NCBI GenBank assembly: GCA_963706955.1
Contig: CAVPOC010000012.1
Coordinates: forward strand, 1 to 64,000
DNA from: an uncultured Verrucomicrobiae bacterium
GTDB lineage: Bacteria > Verrucomicrobiota > Verrucomicrobiia > Chthoniobacterales > Terrimicrobiaceae
Length of the DNA: 64,000 nucleotides
Direction of reading: 5' to 3'
In this document: piece after piece, positions 9,515 to 20,535 of the stretch
Layout: every line of letters starts with the position of its first letter
How positions within the stretch are numbered: the stretch's first letter is position 1
Program-made: the position numbers and the translations under genes
Notes under the pieces: generated by a model
Databases searched by the model: none
Told to the model about the DNA's origin: nothing
What the model saw: only the letters and a program-made list of their open reading frames with translations

Positions 9515-11758
9515 TCATCCGCCGACCGCCGGCGATGTTTCGATTTCCGAGGCTGCTTTTTTCGCGAGGATACTCGAAAGAGTTTTTTGCAGGCGATCGA
9601 TGTCGATCGGCTTTGTCAGATGTTCTTCGAAACCAGCCTGCAGACATCTGTCGATATCTTCCGCCATTCCATAACCGCTGAGAGCCACCGCGGGAGTTTG
9701 GCAGATCTCTCGGGCTGCTTTGATGAAGTCAATACCCGACCCATCTGGCAAACCAATGTCACTCAGGATGACATCAAATTTCATCTCTCTAAGCTTCTGA
9801 CAGGCTGTCGCGACCGTCGAGCATGTCTCCACTTCGTATCCCATCTGCTGCAAAACTTTCGCTAAGACGCGGGCAGTATCCTCGTGATCTTCGAGCAAAA
9901 GGACGCGAAGGCTGCTCGAATCACGTCGGGACCGGGCAGCAGGGGCAACCGCCGGCCCAGATGTGGGCATAGGCGGGCGGGCGTTGGCAAAGCTAACGGT
10001 GAATGTTGATCCGCACCCTGAGCCTTTGCTCTCGGCTCGAAGCGCTCCGTCATGCGCTTCAACCAGGGCCTTGGCGATGGACAGCCCGAGCCCTAGTCCT
10101 CGGAATTTTGTTTCCGAGGGAATGTCCCCTTGCTCGAAGCGCTGAAACAAACGCGCAATCAGCTCTTTGGGCATCCCGATCCCATCATCCGTAATGGCGA
10201 TGTTTAACTCCCCCCCTTGAGGGTTGCTGGTAACAATTTCTACAGTGCCGCCCTCGCGACTAAATTTCACCGCATTGCCAATGAGATTGAGAAGTATCTG
10301 CTGAAGCCGGGCGGGATCTGCTTCCAACCACGAATTCTTCGCATCGAGCTGAGCGTGAAGTCGCAGCCCTTTCGCTTGAACTTCCTCGCGGAAGAGGGCT
10401 GCAGCGGACTGAATAAGGTAGTGAACACCTACCGGCTCTTTTTCGAGGGAAAGCTTCCCGTTTTCGATCCTGGTCAGATCGAGGAGATCGTCGATGAGGC
10501 GTGCCTCGAGTTTGACGTTGCGCCGCAGACGCTGAAGATCCGAGCGAAGTGTGGCCGGGAGCGCGTTGCTGGCCTCCCACGACGAGAGGGTGGCCAGAAC
10601 CGGAGTAAGGGGGGTTCGCAGTTCATGCGAAAGCGCGGCCAGAAACTTGTCCTTGGCGTTGCTCGACGCTTCGATTGCTTCCTTGGCACGCACCAGTTTG
10701 CGCTCCGACTCCTTGTGGGCTGTAAAATCTCGAAAGATAAGGACAACCCCACGCACGGTTCCATCTGTCTCCCGGATCGCTGCGCCGCTGTCGTCGATGG
10801 GAAGTTCGCTCCCATCCCGTCGAATAAGTACAGTATGGCTGGCAAGACCCACGATCGCGCCGGTCGCCAATACCTTGTCGACGGGGCTTTCCAGCGGAAG
10901 GCGCGTTTCCTCATCGACGATACGAAAGACTTCCGCGCAGGGACGATCCTCAGCCTCCTTGGCGGTCCATCCGGTCAGCTTTTCGGCGATCGCATTCAGG
11001 AAGGTGATGCGCCCCTTAGTGTCTGTGATGATCACAGCATCCCCGATGCTCGCTAGTGTGACGGCCAGAATCTCCCTTTGCCGGCGTGTTTCGAGATTCG
11101 CCACGAAATGATGCATCATTTCCTTGCGTATTCGATGATAAGCCCACAACAAAAATGCGAGATTCAGAAGAATCGCGCAGAGAAATACCCATCCGCGAGA
11201 CTGGATCGCGGCATCTGCCCGCTCGCTGGCTGCCGCGCGACCATTTTCCTGAACTGAGACGATGTCGGCCATGGTGGTGCGAATCGACTCCATCGTCCGC
11301 TCTCCTTCGTCGCTCCGGACGATTTCCATCGCCGCGGATATTCGCCCGGACTGGACGAGACTCACGGTCTTTCGCAACTCCTCAATCTTGGCCTCGATCA
11401 ACCTTTCCAACTCACTCACCTGCTCCGCCGACAGCAATCCAGCCTTGGCTAGTTTGTCGACTGCTTGAAGTCTCGGCTGAATGGTTGCGATCGCCTCCTC
11501 ATAGGGGCCGAGATATTTCTCTTCGCGAGTCAAGAGGTATCCTCTCTGGCCCGTCTCGGCGTTCTGGACAGTGGAACGCAAATCCTGAATCGCCTCGATG
11601 GCTGCATCAAATTCTCTGATCCCTGCGATCGCATCGAGAGCGGCTCGCCCTGCAAAGTAGCTGGCCGCGATACCAATGATCAGAACTGCCGACATCAAAA
11701 GAAAGAAGAGGCGAACCTTGTCGCTCGCCTCGTTGATCGATGATGGATCCGGGTTCAT
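9515..11758 (-). CDS. Membrane hybrid sensor kinase (CHASE3-PAS-HisKA-HATPase-REC)
   Basis: Two TM segments flanking AETGQRGYLLT, PAS, SHELRTPL, GLGLGL, receiver SDIGLPDGSG...KP. Start uncertain (11758 or 11797). Confidence 0.93.
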   Translation of the reverse strand: MNPDPSSINEASDKVRLFFLLMSAVLIIGIAASYFAGRAALDAIAGIREFDAAIEAIQDLRSTVQNAETGQRGYLLTREEKYLGPYEEAIATIQPRLQAVDKLAKAGLLSAEQVSELERLIEAKIEELRKTVSLVQSGRISAAMEIVRSDEGERTMESIRTTMADIVSVQENGRAAASERADAAIQSRGWVFLCAILLNLAFLLWAYHRIRKEMMHHFVANLETRRQREILAVTLASIGDAVIITDTKGRITFLNAIAEKLTGWTAKEAEDRPCAEVFRIVDEETRLPLESPVDKVLATGAIVGLASHTVLIRRDGSELPIDDSGAAIRETDGTVRGVVLIFRDFTAHKESERKLVRAKEAIEASSNAKDKFLAALSHELRTPLTPVLATLSSWEASNALPATLRSDLQRLRRNVKLEARLIDDLLDLTRIENGKLSLEKEPVGVHYLIQSAAALFREEVQAKGLRLHAQLDAKNSWLEADPARLQQILLNLIGNAVKFSREGGTVEIVTSNPQGGELNIAITDDGIGMPKELIARLFQRFEQGDIPSETKFRGLGLGLSIAKALVEAHDGALRAESKGSGCGSTFTVSFANARPPMPTSGPAVAPAARSRRDSSSLRVLLLEDHEDTARVLAKVLQQMGYEVETCSTVATACQKLREMKFDVILSDIGLPDGSGIDFIKAAREICQTPAVALSGYGMAEDIDRCLQAGFEEHLTKPIDIDRLQKTLSSILAKKAASEIETSPAVGG

Positions 11759-11878
11759 CCGTGGTTGAAGACGCTCATATCGAACGGAGGACGTCAATCA
11801 GGCTCAGTCCCCATTTTAGATCAGTGAGTGAGTCATTGCGCTCGCCTTCCTGCCGGAAGCTCTTTAAGCTCGCGCAAA

Positions 11879-14800
11879 ATGCCCCGCCCCAGCAAGAATT
11901 CCTCTAAAGAAATTCCGAACAGCAAGGATGTGTCAATCGCCCCGTCGGCTGGCACTCTTTGGTTCAAGGACGCCATCATTTATCAGCTGCATGTGCGCTC
12001 GTTTCGCGACAGCACCGGCGACGGTATCGGCGACTTTCGCGGACTCCTTGATAAGCTCGGGTATTTGGAGGAATTAGGCGTCACGACCTTGTGGCTGATG
12101 CCGTTTTATCCTTCCCCGATGCGTGATGATGGCTACGACATCGCGGACTACTTTTCGGTCAATCCTTCGTATGGAACGCTCAAGGACTTCGAAGATTTTC
12201 TCGCCGAGGCGCATCGGCGCAAGCTGCGGGTGATCAGCGAACTCGTGATCAATCATACCTCGGATCAGCACGGCTGGTTTCAGCGTGCGCGCAAGGCGCC
12301 TGCGGGCAGTCCTGAACGCGACTTCTACGTATGGAGCGATTCTCCACGACGCTTCGAAGAAGCTCGCATCATCTTTAAGGATTTTGAGACCTCCAATTGG
12401 GCCTGGGACCCCGTGGCGGGAGCATACTACTGGCATCGATTTTATTCACACCAGCCAGATTTGAACTTCGACAATCCGCTTGTTCGCGAAGCTGTTCTCA
12501 GCGTTGTCGAGTTTTGGCTGAGGCTTGGGGTCGATGGAGTCCGGTTGGACGCGGTGCCTTATTTGTTCGAGCGCGATGGAACCTCTTGTGAGAATCTTCC
12601 GGAAACGCATGCATTCCTACGTGAACTGCGTGAGCAGTTGGACAAGAAGTATCCCGAACGGGTCTTGCTTGCCGACACCAATTTATGGCCGGAGGAGGCG
12701 GCCGCCTACTTTGGTCAGGCCGATGAATGCCACCTCGCATTTCACTTTCCTTTGATGGCGCGGCTGTTCATGGCCCTGCAAATGGAAGACCGCTTTCCGA
12801 TCATTGATATCCTTGAACAGACACCGGAGATCCCGCCGAACTGCCAGTGGGCGATTTTCCTGCGAAATCACGACGAGCTCACCTTGGAAATGGTGACAGA
12901 CGAAGAGCGGGACTACATGTACCGTTTGTTTGCTGAAGACCCGCGTGCGCGGCTCAATCTTGGGATCCGTCGGCGTCTCGCCCCATTGCTAAACAATAAT
13001 CGTCGCCGCATCGAATTGATCAACGCTCTCCTTCTCTCGATGCCAGGGACGCCAATCATTTACTATGGCGATGAGATCGGGATGGGTGACAATATTTATC
13101 TCGGCGATCGCAATGGAGTTCGCACCCCGATGCAATGGAGCGCCGATCGCAACGCTGGATTTTCCAAGACCAATCCACAACGTCTGTTTCTTCCGGTTAT
13201 CGTCGACCCGGAGTTTCACTTCGAGGCGGTCAATGTCGACGTTCAACTGAAGAATGTTTCGTCGCTGTTCTGGTGGATGCGCAGAATCATTGCGGTCCGG
13301 CGTCGCCTTCCTGCGCTCTCCCATGGCACGATTGAATTCCTCCATCCGACAAACGCCAAAGTCCTCGCATTTCTGCGCCAACACAAAGGCGAGGCTGTGC
13401 TGGTTGTCGCCAATCTCTCCCGCTTTTCGCAATCGGTGACGATCGATCTATCTCGATTTCAGGGCCATCAGGCCGAAGAGCTTTTTGGCGGCGGACCCTT
13501 CGTCGAGATCACGGACACTCCAATTTTCTTCACAATCGGACCGAATGATTTCTATTGGCTGCTGCTGACGAAGGCAGTAGCCCTGCCTCCTCCGGCGCCG
13601 GAAAGCCTCATCCGAACTCTCGAGACGGCCTCGGTTTGGTCCGATGAGCTGTTGCAAGTCTTGCGGAAAACTGTGTTGCCCGAGTACCTTCCCCTGTGCC
13701 GCTGGTTTGGCCAGAAGCAGCGAACGCTACGGTCCATCGAAATTCTTGAGGCCCGCCCCGAGCAAAAGTCCGACGCGATTCGTGTGATGCTTCTGAAGCT
13801 CTCCTTTGCTGATGGAGACCCGGTCACCCAAGTGATGCCGCTCTTCATTGGAAAGGAGGATGAGGGGGAACCGAAAGGAGTGCCCGCGATAGTCGCAAGG
13901 TTTGCCGACGGGATGGTGCTTTGGGATGCGCTTTATGTCGGCGCATGCCGCAAGAAGGTCTGGGAGGTTCTGGCTGGTCGCGATGCCTGGCATGGATCTG
14001 GCGTGCGTCAGTTTGGAATCAAAAACAACCTTACGGCAGAAATCCGGCCGTCGAAAACACGTCTCCTCGGAGGGGAACAGTCGAATTCGACGCTTTCCTT
14101 CGACGACGCGTTTCTCCTCAAATTTCTGCGAAAATTCGAGCCCGGTCCCCATCCGGACGCGGACATCATACGCGCGCTCGGCAACAAGAATTTTCCAAAT
14201 GTCCCAAGGTATGCCGGGGAGATTCGTTGTCGCGCCGATCACGAGGAGGGGGTCTTGGCTCTTATGACAACCTACGTCAAGAATCAGGGCGAATGCTGGA
14301 CGTATGCCCTGGATGGGATTGCTCGATTCTTTGAACGCGTGCTCTCGAGCACAGTGGAGTCGGACGAGGAAGAGCCGAAGCTCTCGGAACTCGCCGGCGC
14401 CGAACTTCCGCCGCGAATGCGCCAACTCGGTGTTCGAACAGCCGAATTACATCGATGTCTCGAATCGATCGAAGGGTCCGATTTTGCCCCAGAACCTTTC
14501 ACCCTTCTTTACCAGCGTTCTCTCTACCAAACAATGCGCACTCTTCTCCGGCGCACGGAGCGGGAGGTCACCAACAAGCTGCCGGATTTGCCTACGGAGA
14601 TCCGGGCCCAAGCTCTCGAGTGGTTCTCTCGCACACCGCGAATTCTCGCGGCCTACTCGGTCCTGCTGAAGCGAAAAATCACCGCGACGAAGACGCGTGT
14701 TCACGGTGACTATCATCTCGGGCAGGTCCTGAATACCGGCAACGACTTTATCATTCTCGACTTTGAGGGAGAGCCGCGTAAAACCCTCGGGGAACGCCTG

Positions 14801-15169
14801 CTCAAGCGATCGCCGCTGGTGGACGTCGCGGGCATGGTGCGATCATTTGACTATGCCGTCGAGGTTAGTCTCTTGCAGCAGAAAGCCCAGGATCAGGACC
14901 GGCTGCAACCGTGGGCTATGAAATGGCTCGAGCTTGTCACCACAGAGTTTCTTGAGGGTTATCAAACAACTGCAGCGGGAGCATCCTTCCTGCCCCCGAC
15001 TGCCGGAGAGTTCGACGCGCTCCTTAAACTCTTCGCTCTCGACAAAGCCGTTTACGAAATCGGCTATGAGTTGAATTATCGTCCCGACTTTCTTCGAATT
15101 CCACTCGCCGCAGTTAACCGGTTGGTGGAGGGCGGTGAACTTGCGATGCACCACTCGGAAAGTGCTTAA
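11879..15169 (+). CDS. treS: Trehalose synthase-maltokinase fusion (TreS-Mak)
   Basis: GH13 motifs RLDAVPYL, FLRNHDELTLE, RNGVRTPMQW; C-terminal kinase motifs EQSNS, RVHGDYHLGQVL, DFEGEP. Confidence 0.95.
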   Translation: MPRPSKNSSKEIPNSKDVSIAPSAGTLWFKDAIIYQLHVRSFRDSTGDGIGDFRGLLDKLGYLEELGVTTLWLMPFYPSPMRDDGYDIADYFSVNPSYGTLKDFEDFLAEAHRRKLRVISELVINHTSDQHGWFQRARKAPAGSPERDFYVWSDSPRRFEEARIIFKDFETSNWAWDPVAGAYYWHRFYSHQPDLNFDNPLVREAVLSVVEFWLRLGVDGVRLDAVPYLFERDGTSCENLPETHAFLRELREQLDKKYPERVLLADTNLWPEEAAAYFGQADECHLAFHFPLMARLFMALQMEDRFPIIDILEQTPEIPPNCQWAIFLRNHDELTLEMVTDEERDYMYRLFAEDPRARLNLGIRRRLAPLLNNNRRRIELINALLLSMPGTPIIYYGDEIGMGDNIYLGDRNGVRTPMQWSADRNAGFSKTNPQRLFLPVIVDPEFHFEAVNVDVQLKNVSSLFWWMRRIIAVRRRLPALSHGTIEFLHPTNAKVLAFLRQHKGEAVLVVANLSRFSQSVTIDLSRFQGHQAEELFGGGPFVEITDTPIFFTIGPNDFYWLLLTKAVALPPPAPESLIRTLETASVWSDELLQVLRKTVLPEYLPLCRWFGQKQRTLRSIEILEARPEQKSDAIRVMLLKLSFADGDPVTQVMPLFIGKEDEGEPKGVPAIVARFADGMVLWDALYVGACRKKVWEVLAGRDAWHGSGVRQFGIKNNLTAEIRPSKTRLLGGEQSNSTLSFDDAFLLKFLRKFEPGPHPDADIIRALGNKNFPNVPRYAGEIRCRADHEEGVLALMTTYVKNQGECWTYALDGIARFFERVLSSTVESDEEEPKLSELAGAELPPRMRQLGVRTAELHRCLESIEGSDFAPEPFTLLYQRSLYQTMRTLLRRTEREVTNKLPDLPTEIRAQALEWFSRTPRILAAYSVLLKRKITATKTRVHGDYHLGQVLNTGNDFIILDFEGEPRKTLGERLLKRSPLVDVAGMVRSFDYAVEVSLLQQKAQDQDRLQPWAMKWLELVTTEFLEGYQTTAAGASFLPPTAGEFDALLKLFALDKAVYEIGYELNYRPDFLRIPLAAVNRLVEGGELAMHHSESA

Positions 15170-15241
15170 AACCACTTATGTGTCAGCATGCGATTGGGAA
15201 TAGAACTGTGAACCTTACTAGTATGGGGCGAGCTCTAAGGT

Positions 15242-17440
15242 ATGGGAGATAACTCGACCGCGCCAGTCTGGCCCGGGAAGCCGTATCCACTAGGCGCAAA
15301 AGTTACGGCTCAGGGAACGAACTTCGCCCTGTTCTCGGAAAACGCCACCGGCGTCGAGCTCTGCTTGTTCACTCGTCCCGAAGATGTGCAGGAAAACGCT
15401 AGAGTGCGGCTTACTGAGGTTACTGACGGGGTCTGGCATTGCTTTCTGCCGAACGTGAGCAGCGGTCAACTCTACGGCTACCGTGTGCACGGACTCTATA
15501 CGCCGGCGGAGGGTCATCGCTTCAATGAATTTAAGCTCCTGCTTGATCCCTATGCACGCGCAGTCGCGGGACTGATCAAATGGAGTGACCAGATGTTCGC
15601 CTATCAGCTCAACGGTCAAGAGGCAGATTTACAAAAGGACACTGGAGATAACGCCGCCGGCCTCCCAAAATCGGTTGTCGTCAGTGATGATTTCGATTGG
15701 AGCGGCGACAAGAGCCCCGACGTGCCCCTTTCCGAGTCCGTAATTTATGAGGTGCATGTCAAGGGCTTCTCGAAGCTTTGCCCCCATATCCCCGCGGAGA
15801 TTCGCGGCAGCTACGCCGGCCTGGCCAGCGATTTTGCCATTGACTACTTTAAGAAGCTCGGGGTGACAGCCGTCGAGCTTCTGCCCGTCCACCATTTTGT
15901 AAACGACGAATATCTGGAGAAGAAAGGTCTATCGAACTACTGGGGCTACAATTCGATCGGATACTTTGCGCCGCAATGCACCTACTCAAGCAGCGGCTTT
16001 CTGGGTCAGCAGGTCATCGAGTTCAAGCAGATGGTCAAGAAGCTCCACGCAGCAGGCTTGGAGGTAATTCTCGACGTCGTTTATAACCATACCGGAGAGG
16101 GAAATCACATGGGGCCGACCCTCTGCTTCCGCGGCGCGGACAATCCCGCGTATTATCGGCTCGTCCCCGAAAATCGGCGCTACTACATGGATTACACGGG
16201 CTGTGGGAATTCCCTGAACATGATGCATCCCAGGGTGCTCCAGCTCATCATGGACAGTTTGCGCTATTGGATCCTCGAGATGCATGTCGATGGCTTTCGT
16301 TTCGACCTGGCCTCCACCTTGGCTCGCGAGCTCCATGAAGTGAACCGCCTCTCTGCCTTCTTCGACATCGTTCACCAGGATCCCGTCATCTCACGCGTCA
16401 AGTTGATCGCCGAACCATGGGATGTTGGGGAAGGAGGATATCAGGTGGGGAACTTTCCGGTGCTCTGGGCAGAGTGGAACGGCAAATACCGCGACTGTAT
16501 GCGCAAGTACTGGAAGGGCGACGAGGGCACGATTGGAGAGTTCGCTTCTCGGCTGACCGGCAGCTCCGATCTGTATCAGCAGGATGGCAAGCGCCCATAC
16601 GCGAGCATCAACTTCATCACGGCGCACGACGGGTTTACTTTACACGATCTGGTCGCCTATAACGAAAAACAAAACGAGGCCAATGGAGAGGACAACCGCG
16701 ATGGGGATAGCCACAACAACTCGTGGAATTGCGGGACGGAGGGGAACACCGAGGATGAAAACGTTAACCGTCTGCGTCGCCGTCAGATGCGCAACTTCCT
16801 GGCGACATTGTTCCTCTCGCAGGGCGTGCCGATGCTCTCAGGTGGCGATGAGTTTGCTCGTTCACAAAGAGGGAACAATAACGTCTATTGTCAGGACAAC
16901 GAATTGAGTTGGTTTTCCTGGGAGCGAAAGCCTTTCGAGATTGCACAGGCCGAGTTCGTTGCCAAGCTCATTCGCTTCCGTAAGGATCACCCGGTTTTCC
17001 GTCGGCCAAAGTTTTTTCTAGGGAGGCCGATCCGCGGATTAGGTATCAAGGATATTATGTGGCTGAATGCCGCCGGCAAAGAGATGACCGACGACGAGTG
17101 GAACACAGGACACGCCCGTTCAGTTGGCCTGCTGCTGAGCGGCCAAACGATGGACGTCCGCGATTTACGGGGCGAACCGGTCACCGACGATACTTACGTG
17201 CTCTTCTTCAACGCTCATCATGAAAAGCTTCCCTTTCGCTTGCCCAGGCTTAGGACGAGCCGAGCGGGCTGGGAGCTTGTCCTCGATACGACACGAGAAG
17301 CCGGCTTCGTCGAGGAGAGAGTTCAATATCCTGCGGCTGGGACGCTCGAGCTGCTTGAGAGGTCCTTGGTTGTTCTTAGGCATGGATTGACTCGACAAAG
17401 GCCCAAGCACCTGCCCGCGCAGGACATGATAACTCAGTGA
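15242..17440 (+). CDS. glgX: Glycogen debranching enzyme
   Basis: PGKPYPLGA, NYWGYNS, DVVYNHT, GFRFDLA, AEPWD, AHDGFTL. Confidence 0.97.
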   Translation: MGDNSTAPVWPGKPYPLGAKVTAQGTNFALFSENATGVELCLFTRPEDVQENARVRLTEVTDGVWHCFLPNVSSGQLYGYRVHGLYTPAEGHRFNEFKLLLDPYARAVAGLIKWSDQMFAYQLNGQEADLQKDTGDNAAGLPKSVVVSDDFDWSGDKSPDVPLSESVIYEVHVKGFSKLCPHIPAEIRGSYAGLASDFAIDYFKKLGVTAVELLPVHHFVNDEYLEKKGLSNYWGYNSIGYFAPQCTYSSSGFLGQQVIEFKQMVKKLHAAGLEVILDVVYNHTGEGNHMGPTLCFRGADNPAYYRLVPENRRYYMDYTGCGNSLNMMHPRVLQLIMDSLRYWILEMHVDGFRFDLASTLARELHEVNRLSAFFDIVHQDPVISRVKLIAEPWDVGEGGYQVGNFPVLWAEWNGKYRDCMRKYWKGDEGTIGEFASRLTGSSDLYQQDGKRPYASINFITAHDGFTLHDLVAYNEKQNEANGEDNRDGDSHNNSWNCGTEGNTEDENVNRLRRRQMRNFLATLFLSQGVPMLSGGDEFARSQRGNNNVYCQDNELSWFSWERKPFEIAQAEFVAKLIRFRKDHPVFRRPKFFLGRPIRGLGIKDIMWLNAAGKEMTDDEWNTGHARSVGLLLSGQTMDVRDLRGEPVTDDTYVLFFNAHHEKLPFRLPRLRTSRAGWELVLDTTREAGFVEERVQYPAAGTLELLERSLVVLRHGLTRQRPKHLPAQDMITQ

Positions 17441-20244
17441 GCGAAGGCGTCTCGCCTCGGATCCCGAGGTCAACATATCGGCTGCAGTTCCACGCTGATT
17501 TCAACTTTGACGACGCGCGGCAGATAGTTGACTACTTAGAAGCTCTCGGAATCAGCGATGTTTACGCATCACCATACTTTCAATCAGCGCCCGAGAGCAC
17601 TCACGGCTACGATGTCTCCGACCATAACCGCCTGAATCCACTTCTTGGTGACGAGGCCTCATTTCAGGCCTATTGCTCGGCGTTGAAGGAACATCAGATG
17701 GGGCAGGTGCTCGACTTCGTTCCCAATCACATGGGAATCGGTGGCCCGTTGAACACCTGGTGGATGGATGTCCTCGAGGATGGAAGAATCTCACCATACG
17801 CCCGCTATTTCGATATCGACTGGCACCCGATTAAGACTGTGCTTTCCGATCGAATTCTGCTGCCGATTCTTGGAGATCGTTACGGAAAAGTGCTGGAGGA
17901 GGCCGGGTTCAAACTCTTGTTTGAGGCGGGCGGATTCTTTCTGTCCTATGCCAAGACGACGCTTCCGATCAGTCCGGCGACATATGCAAAGCTTCTGCAA
18001 GGCGCCCGCGAGCACCTCGCTTCTTCCTTCCAGCAAGCGCTGGACGCATCCGCCAGGGAGTTTGCGGTGCTTCCTTCAGATCAATCTCGATCCATGGCGA
18101 AAATGGCTGCCAAGGTTCACCTGCGCGAGCTCGCTGAGAGTGCGGAGCCCGTGGCGAAGGCAATCGATCTGGTCCTTCGGTCGATTGGAGGCGAGCCCGG
18201 CAAGACCTCGAGCTTTGACACATTGCACGAACTGCTGGACGAGCAAGTCTACCGGCTCAGCTATTGGCGCACCGCCGCCGAAGAAATCAACTACCGGCGC
18301 TTTTTCGATATTAACCATTTGGCTGCAATCCGCGTCGAGATTCCTGAAGTTTTCGAAGCCGCTCACCAGCTCGTCTTCAAACTGCTTGCGAGCGGCGCTG
18401 TGACCGGCTTGCGCATCGATCACGTTGACGGCCTCTGGAATCCGCGCGGCTACCTGGATCGCTTGCAGGAACGCTACAGACAACTGCGAGCGCTCCCGGA
18501 GAATGGAAAAGGATTATTCCTGGTCGTGGAAAAGATCCTCGACCTGACCAGGGAATCGCTGCCTCTGAATTGGCCGGTGCATGGCACGACCGGATACGAG
18601 TTTGCCAATCAAATGGTGCAAATCTTTACCGATCCGAGCGCGGAAAAGCGAATGACGAAGATATTCGAGAGCTTTAGTGGATTGCATGAGAACTTCGTCG
18701 CCCTGGCCTACGAAAAGAAGCTATACACCATGCAGTTCTCACTCAGCAGCGAAATCGCCGCGCTCGGAAAGCTGCTCGACGAACTCTCGGAGATGTATCG
18801 CATCTATCGTGATTTCACAACGAACATGCTTACGTCGGCCGTTCGTGAGGTCCTCGCTTGCTTTCCGGTTTATCGCACTTATACGACCGAAGAGGGAGTT
18901 GTCTCCGACGAGGACGAACGAGTCATCTTGCGTGCCATCCTCGCGGCGCGTCGGCGGAATCCTTCGATAGAAAAACCAGTGCTCGACTTCCTTAGAGGAA
19001 TTTTGCTGTTGCGCCTCCCCGAACATCTCACTCCGCAACAAAGGGCTGCGCATGTCCGGTTCGTGATGAAGTTTCAGCAGTGTAGCGGCCCGATCATGGC
19101 AAAGGGGGTGGAAGACACCGCCTTCTACGCATACAATCGTCTCGTCGCGCTCAATGAGGTGGGCGGCAAGCCAGAGCAGTTCGGGATCGATCTCGCCGAC
19201 TTCCACACCTTGAATCAGGCAAGAGCTGACCACTGGCCGCATACACTACTGGCGACCTCCACGCATGACACCAAGAGAAGCGAAGATGTTCGGTTGCGCA
19301 TTGTTGCGCTCTCGGAAATCCCGCAACTCTGGAGCAAGGCGATCCTCCGTTGGAGCAAACTAAACAAGAAGTATCGCGTTGAAATAGATGATCACCGCGC
19401 GCCCTCTGCAAATGAAGAGTACCTCATCTATCAGACGCTTCTCGGAACATGGCCGCTGAGCGATTTTCGAGATACCGAGCGTCGCGAGTATGTCGACAGG
19501 ATTCAACAATACATGGTCAAGGCGGTCAAAGAGGCCAAGGTCAATAGCAGCTGGATCGAGCCTAACGAAGCTTGGGAAGAGGCGACGACATCATTCGTTG
19601 AGAAAATTCTGGATGAGGAAACCAACGGAAAGTTTTGTCGCGATCTCGCCGAACTGGCCCAGCTGGTGGCGCGACTTGGCGCGATCAACTCGCTCGCGCA
19701 AGCTATCATCAAGTGCACTGCACCGGGTGTCCCGGATTTTTACCAGGGGACTGAGGTCTGGGATTTTAGCCTGGTCGACCCCGACAACCGCCGGAAGGTG
19801 GACTATTTGGCAAGGCGACGGCTTTTGGCGTCGTTGCGCCATGCGCATCCCAGAGAGTTGCTCGAAGATTGGCAGAGCGGCCGGATTAAGCTTTTCGTCA
19901 TAAAGCGTCTCTTAGCCTTTCGTGCGGAAAATCAACGACTGTTTCTGAAGGGAAGCTATCAAGAGGTGCCGATCGCGGGAGAACATTCTCATTCCGTTAT
20001 CGCCTTCGAGAGGAAATTTGGTTCCCAGCGCCTCCTGGTTATCGTTCCTCGCCTCACCTACAGGGTCGGTCTTTGGCCAACCGGCGACGTCTGGAAAGAA
20101 ACTCTCCTGACAGGATTCAAGCCAGAGGCGCACGGTTGGCAGGACGTCCTCATACAGAGGGGACCGATTACACTCCCAGATCGCGTTAGCTTATCCACGA
20201 TCCTTGCAGATCTACCCTTCGCAGTTCTGTTTTACCCCGGCTAG
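17437..20244 (+). CDS. treY: Malto-oligosyltrehalose synthase
   Basis: STYRLQF, STHGYDV, DFVPNHMG, LRIDHVDG, VVEKIL, STHDTKRSEDVR; GTGA overlap with glgX. Confidence 0.96.
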   Translation: MSEGVSPRIPRSTYRLQFHADFNFDDARQIVDYLEALGISDVYASPYFQSAPESTHGYDVSDHNRLNPLLGDEASFQAYCSALKEHQMGQVLDFVPNHMGIGGPLNTWWMDVLEDGRISPYARYFDIDWHPIKTVLSDRILLPILGDRYGKVLEEAGFKLLFEAGGFFLSYAKTTLPISPATYAKLLQGAREHLASSFQQALDASAREFAVLPSDQSRSMAKMAAKVHLRELAESAEPVAKAIDLVLRSIGGEPGKTSSFDTLHELLDEQVYRLSYWRTAAEEINYRRFFDINHLAAIRVEIPEVFEAAHQLVFKLLASGAVTGLRIDHVDGLWNPRGYLDRLQERYRQLRALPENGKGLFLVVEKILDLTRESLPLNWPVHGTTGYEFANQMVQIFTDPSAEKRMTKIFESFSGLHENFVALAYEKKLYTMQFSLSSEIAALGKLLDELSEMYRIYRDFTTNMLTSAVREVLACFPVYRTYTTEEGVVSDEDERVILRAILAARRRNPSIEKPVLDFLRGILLLRLPEHLTPQQRAAHVRFVMKFQQCSGPIMAKGVEDTAFYAYNRLVALNEVGGKPEQFGIDLADFHTLNQARADHWPHTLLATSTHDTKRSEDVRLRIVALSEIPQLWSKAILRWSKLNKKYRVEIDDHRAPSANEEYLIYQTLLGTWPLSDFRDTERREYVDRIQQYMVKAVKEAKVNSSWIEPNEAWEEATTSFVEKILDEETNGKFCRDLAELAQLVARLGAINSLAQAIIKCTAPGVPDFYQGTEVWDFSLVDPDNRRKVDYLARRRLLASLRHAHPRELLEDWQSGRIKLFVIKRLLAFRAENQRLFLKGSYQEVPIAGEHSHSVIAFERKFGSQRLLVIVPRLTYRVGLWPTGDVWKETLLTGFKPEAHGWQDVLIQRGPITLPDRVSLSTILADLPFAVLFYPG

Positions 20245-20262
20245 TTCGACCAGGTCACCTAA

Positions 20263-20535
20263 GAGACTGTTGAAAAACTCACGCATGTCACGCGCGAGCT
20301 CTTTGGGGTAGATATCGGTGAAGCGACGAAGGAGCATCCCCTGAAGGGGCTGTAACTGAGGAGCGACGCCGAGAGGTGCCCCAAAAAGTTCGCGCCCTCC
20401 GGGTTGCGCTAATTTTCGGCCCTCGCGGTGTCGCCAAGCTTGTCCGTAGCACTGCGGCTACGACCTGCGCTTGGCTCCTTGCGATCTTCCGAAAATTGGC
20501 AGCAACGTGGCATACGTGAGTTTTTCAACAGTCTC
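20263..20535. mobile_element. MITE-like non-autonomous element, 273 bp
   Basis: 30-bp terminal inverted repeats (GAGACTGTTGAAAAACTCACG..., 28/30 match), CTAA duplicated on both flanks, two internal long hairpins, no transposase. Confidence 0.85.
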
